Shown here one piece after another: positions 30,757 to 32,292 of a DNA stretch of 32,292 nucleotides (position 1 is the first letter of the stretch; every line of letters starts with the position of its first letter). Location of the stretch: positions 1 to 32,292 of IMG/VR virus record IMGVR_UViG_3300016665_000086; one strand, 5' to 3'. The translations under genes were made by a program, and so were the position numbers. Source of the DNA: a virus. The notes beneath the pieces were generated by a model, which saw nothing but the letters and a program-made list of their open reading frames with translations, searched no databases and was not told the origin of the DNA.

Positions 30757-31182
30757 TTATTTTTCGATTAATGTCATATCAAAAGTAAGCAATTTCCTAA
30801 CGAGCCATGCGCTGCCGTCCTGCTCAACAAGGTAGTTGCTCGATGCAAGCACCGGAGCCACGAATTGAAAGTCAGTATCAGTCAGGGTGGAGTAAGGGAA
30901 TTGCGTCAGTGTGTTCATCACTTCTGTCGCTATGCCATCGGTCACATCGTAGTCGAGCTGCTTGTATTGCTTGCTAACAACATCAAGTGTTATAGAGCAA
31001 TCATGAATGAATATTTGATTGTTGCCGACCTGAGCATGGGTCATGCTATTGATGTAAACGTAGTTGTCCGGCAGCGTAACGATCGGAAGCTGAGAGTACA
31101 CCGTGATCGCTTTGCCATCGTAGGTCAGCGATGCCAGTGCGGCGGCAAATGCCTTGCGGAGTGATGTGCCTGGGTTCTTCAT
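30757..31182 (-). CDS. Tail terminator / tail completion protein (DUF3168-like). The call is based on position and pattern.
   Basis: 141 aa, lying between the gp10-like gene and the tube gene. Sequence: LRKAFAAALASL...VYSQLP...YVYIN. Confidence 0.5.
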   Translation of the reverse strand: MKNPGTSLRKAFAAALASLTYDGKAITVYSQLPIVTLPDNYVYINSMTHAQVGNNQIFIHDCSITLDVVSKQYKQLDYDVTDGIATEVMNTLTQFPYSTLTDTDFQFVAPVLASSNYLVEQDGSAWLVRKLLTFDMTLIEK

Positions 31183-31709
31183 CGCTTCTTTTTTACTATG
31201 TCGGTAATTCGCCGTACAAGTTTGCTGCGCTCAGCCACGAATGACGGCCAAAGGAACGGCTGCGGGGCGATGCCGAACTTGTATATCTTCCGGGCAATAT
31301 TGATTGCGTGGTTCTTGTCACCCTTCTTGATCACCTTCTTCTTCGTACCCCACTCATAAATTGAGTTCACGAACTGTGTCCAGTTGCCTTTCTTTGGTCT
31401 TCCTTTGATGGCAGCCGCTATGGGTAAAATTTCAGCAGGAATCTTATCGTCAAATTTACCCCGCGTACCGAACTCGATGTATGGCGCATGATAAGCGTTG
31501 GCAAATACCGAGTATTGCAAGGTAGTCATGCGCTCGCTGCCGATGCTGTTGCGCAGTTCGGCAAAGTTTGCCGGTGCTTTGCGCTTCGCCATCGTTGCGA
31601 TCTTGTTTACACTTGCCTGCATCTCTGCATCGACCTCTCGCGTCACCTCATTGTCAAGCTGGGCAAGCGCATTGATCACCCCCTGAACTCCTTTGAGCTG
31701 AATGTTCAT
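31179..31709 (-). CDS. HK97 gp10-family head-tail joining protein.
   Basis: IQLKGVQGVINALAQLDNEVTREVDAEMQASVNKIATMAKRKAPANFAELRNSI matches the gp10-family N-terminal pattern. Confidence 0.65.
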   Translation of the reverse strand: MNIQLKGVQGVINALAQLDNEVTREVDAEMQASVNKIATMAKRKAPANFAELRNSIGSERMTTLQYSVFANAYHAPYIEFGTRGKFDDKIPAEILPIAAAIKGRPKKGNWTQFVNSIYEWGTKKKVIKKGDKNHAINIARKIYKFGIAPQPFLWPSFVAERSKLVRRITDIVKKKR

Positions 31710-32221
31710 ATCGCCACCCTCCGGTAGTATTGCGCCGCCATCATCGGGAAGTCAACAAGGTTCGCGCCTTCGTTTGAGAGGTCGATGCCCCGGTTCTGGT
31801 AGGTGTACGCTGTGATGGATAGAATATCATTCTTAATGTCGTCAGGAAGCGAGGAATAGCCTGCTGTAAGCCATATCTCGTAGATGCCGGAGTGATACAC
31901 CGATATCTGTGCGCCATTGGCTCCATATACCTTAAATCCGCTCGTAGCGCATCCATCGACCATCACCATGAGAATAGACTGCACCGGCCCTGGCAGTTCG
32001 TAAAGTTCGCCGGCGGTCATTTCAATGGTGAGATGCAGTTGCCGCGTGCCGTAGTTTCGCCCAGTGTAATTCTCATGCCAGATGCGTGCATTCTTAATGA
32101 GTGATGCGATCAACGCGTCATCATCGCTGAACGCTATTTTCATGTAGGCTTTGGCATCCGCTACACTAACCGGTTCGGTCGTGTAGTCCTGCACTATCTC
32201 GGTATCTATGAGGAGGTTCAT
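31706..32221 (-). CDS. Head-tail connector (gp6-like / SPP1 gp15-like).
   Basis: EPVSVADAKAYMKIAFSDDDALIASLIKNARIWHENYTGRNY is typical of gp6-like connectors. Its ATG overlaps the glycosyltransferase stop. Confidence 0.65.
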   Translation of the reverse strand: MNLLIDTEIVQDYTTEPVSVADAKAYMKIAFSDDDALIASLIKNARIWHENYTGRNYGTRQLHLTIEMTAGELYELPGPVQSILMVMVDGCATSGFKVYGANGAQISVYHSGIYEIWLTAGYSSLPDDIKNDILSITAYTYQNRGIDLSNEGANLVDFPMMAAQYYRRVAI

Positions 32222-32292
32222 GCTTGTCGTTTATGGTCAGCGATCGACTGACGCATAAAGTTACGAAGTCTCTCCAAGGATGCCATCGGGTC
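32218..32292 (-). CDS. C-terminal end of the junction-spanning glycosyltransferase (same gene as 1..940).
   Basis: Reading 32292 to 32218 gives DPMASLERLRNFMRQSIADHKRQA followed by a stop. The frame is continuous with 1..940 once the 22-nt duplicate is removed. Confidence 0.8.
   Translation of the reverse strand, partial: DPMASLERLRNFMRQSIADHKRQA
32271..32292. repeat. Terminal 22-nt duplication, identical to 1..22.
   Basis: Exact match to the first 22 nt of the window. Confidence 0.9.

Noticed and set aside
632-32104. All plus-strand ORFs in the supplied track, for example 632..916, 3778..4392, 5937..6509, 18523..19104, 21234..21761, 27869..28261 and 28762..29166.
   Set aside because: Each lies entirely antisense to a longer minus-strand ORF with recognisable motifs or operon coupling. 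Their translations are low-complexity or Arg/Ser/Cys-rich, as expected for antisense frames. No plus-strand gene is needed to explain any gap.
1-32292. Alternative genetic code or stop-codon recoding, considered because phage tRNA-like genes are present.
   Set aside because: Under the standard code the genome is already densely and continuously coded, with full-length recognisable proteins. There are no in-frame stops to explain.
1-32292. CRISPR array, diversity-generating retroelement, transposase/IS element, rRNA.
   Set aside because: I saw no regularly spaced repeats, no reverse transcriptase or transposase motifs, and no rRNA-like segments.

Overview
The window is a complete, circularly closed genome of about 32,270 bp. 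Its first 22 nt are identical to its last 22 nt, and one ORF reads in frame through that junction. It is a tailed dsDNA phage with siphovirus-type organisation. Every credible gene lies on the minus strand, and many are coupled by ATGA or TAATG overlaps.

Read in the direction of transcription (decreasing coordinates), there are two modules.

(1) The early/replication module runs from about 20180 down to 9035. It follows an AT-rich intergenic region that carries a Bacteroidota-type TAnnTTTG -7 box. It encodes small ORFs, an SSB-like protein, a PD-(D/E)XK nuclease, an SNF2 helicase, two exported small proteins and three tRNA-like elements. It also encodes a DUF3310 protein, a VRR-NUC nuclease, an M15 peptidase, a metallophosphoesterase and a primase-polymerase/SF3 helicase.

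(2) The late module runs from about 8809 down through position 1 and wraps to 32292..20309. It encodes a DnaA-domain-IV-like protein, TerS, TerL, portal, a MuF-like protein, a multidomain prohead protease, the HK97-fold major capsid protein, a SAM methyltransferase plus glycosyltransferase pair, three head-tail joining proteins and the tail tube. These are followed by tail chaperones with a -1 frameshift on an A9 run, the tape measure, distal tail and fibre genes, and a holin/u-spanin-like lysis cassette.

No integrase, repressor, DNA polymerase, CRISPR array, rRNA or reverse transcriptase was seen. A Bacteroidota host is inferred from three things: the lack of Shine-Dalgarno sequences, the -7 box motif, and signal peptides ending in NAQA, YSQ or SAQ.

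The items most worth follow-up are:
- the late-operon methyltransferase + glycosyltransferase pair;
- the HAD-phosphatase-like domain fused to the prohead protease;
- three tRNA-like genes whose central regions I could not fold into a canonical anticodon arm;
- the shared C-terminal VPF tails on the SSB-like protein and the primase-helicase;
- the split lysis system.

All calls rest on reading the sequence and motifs by eye. No database search was run.
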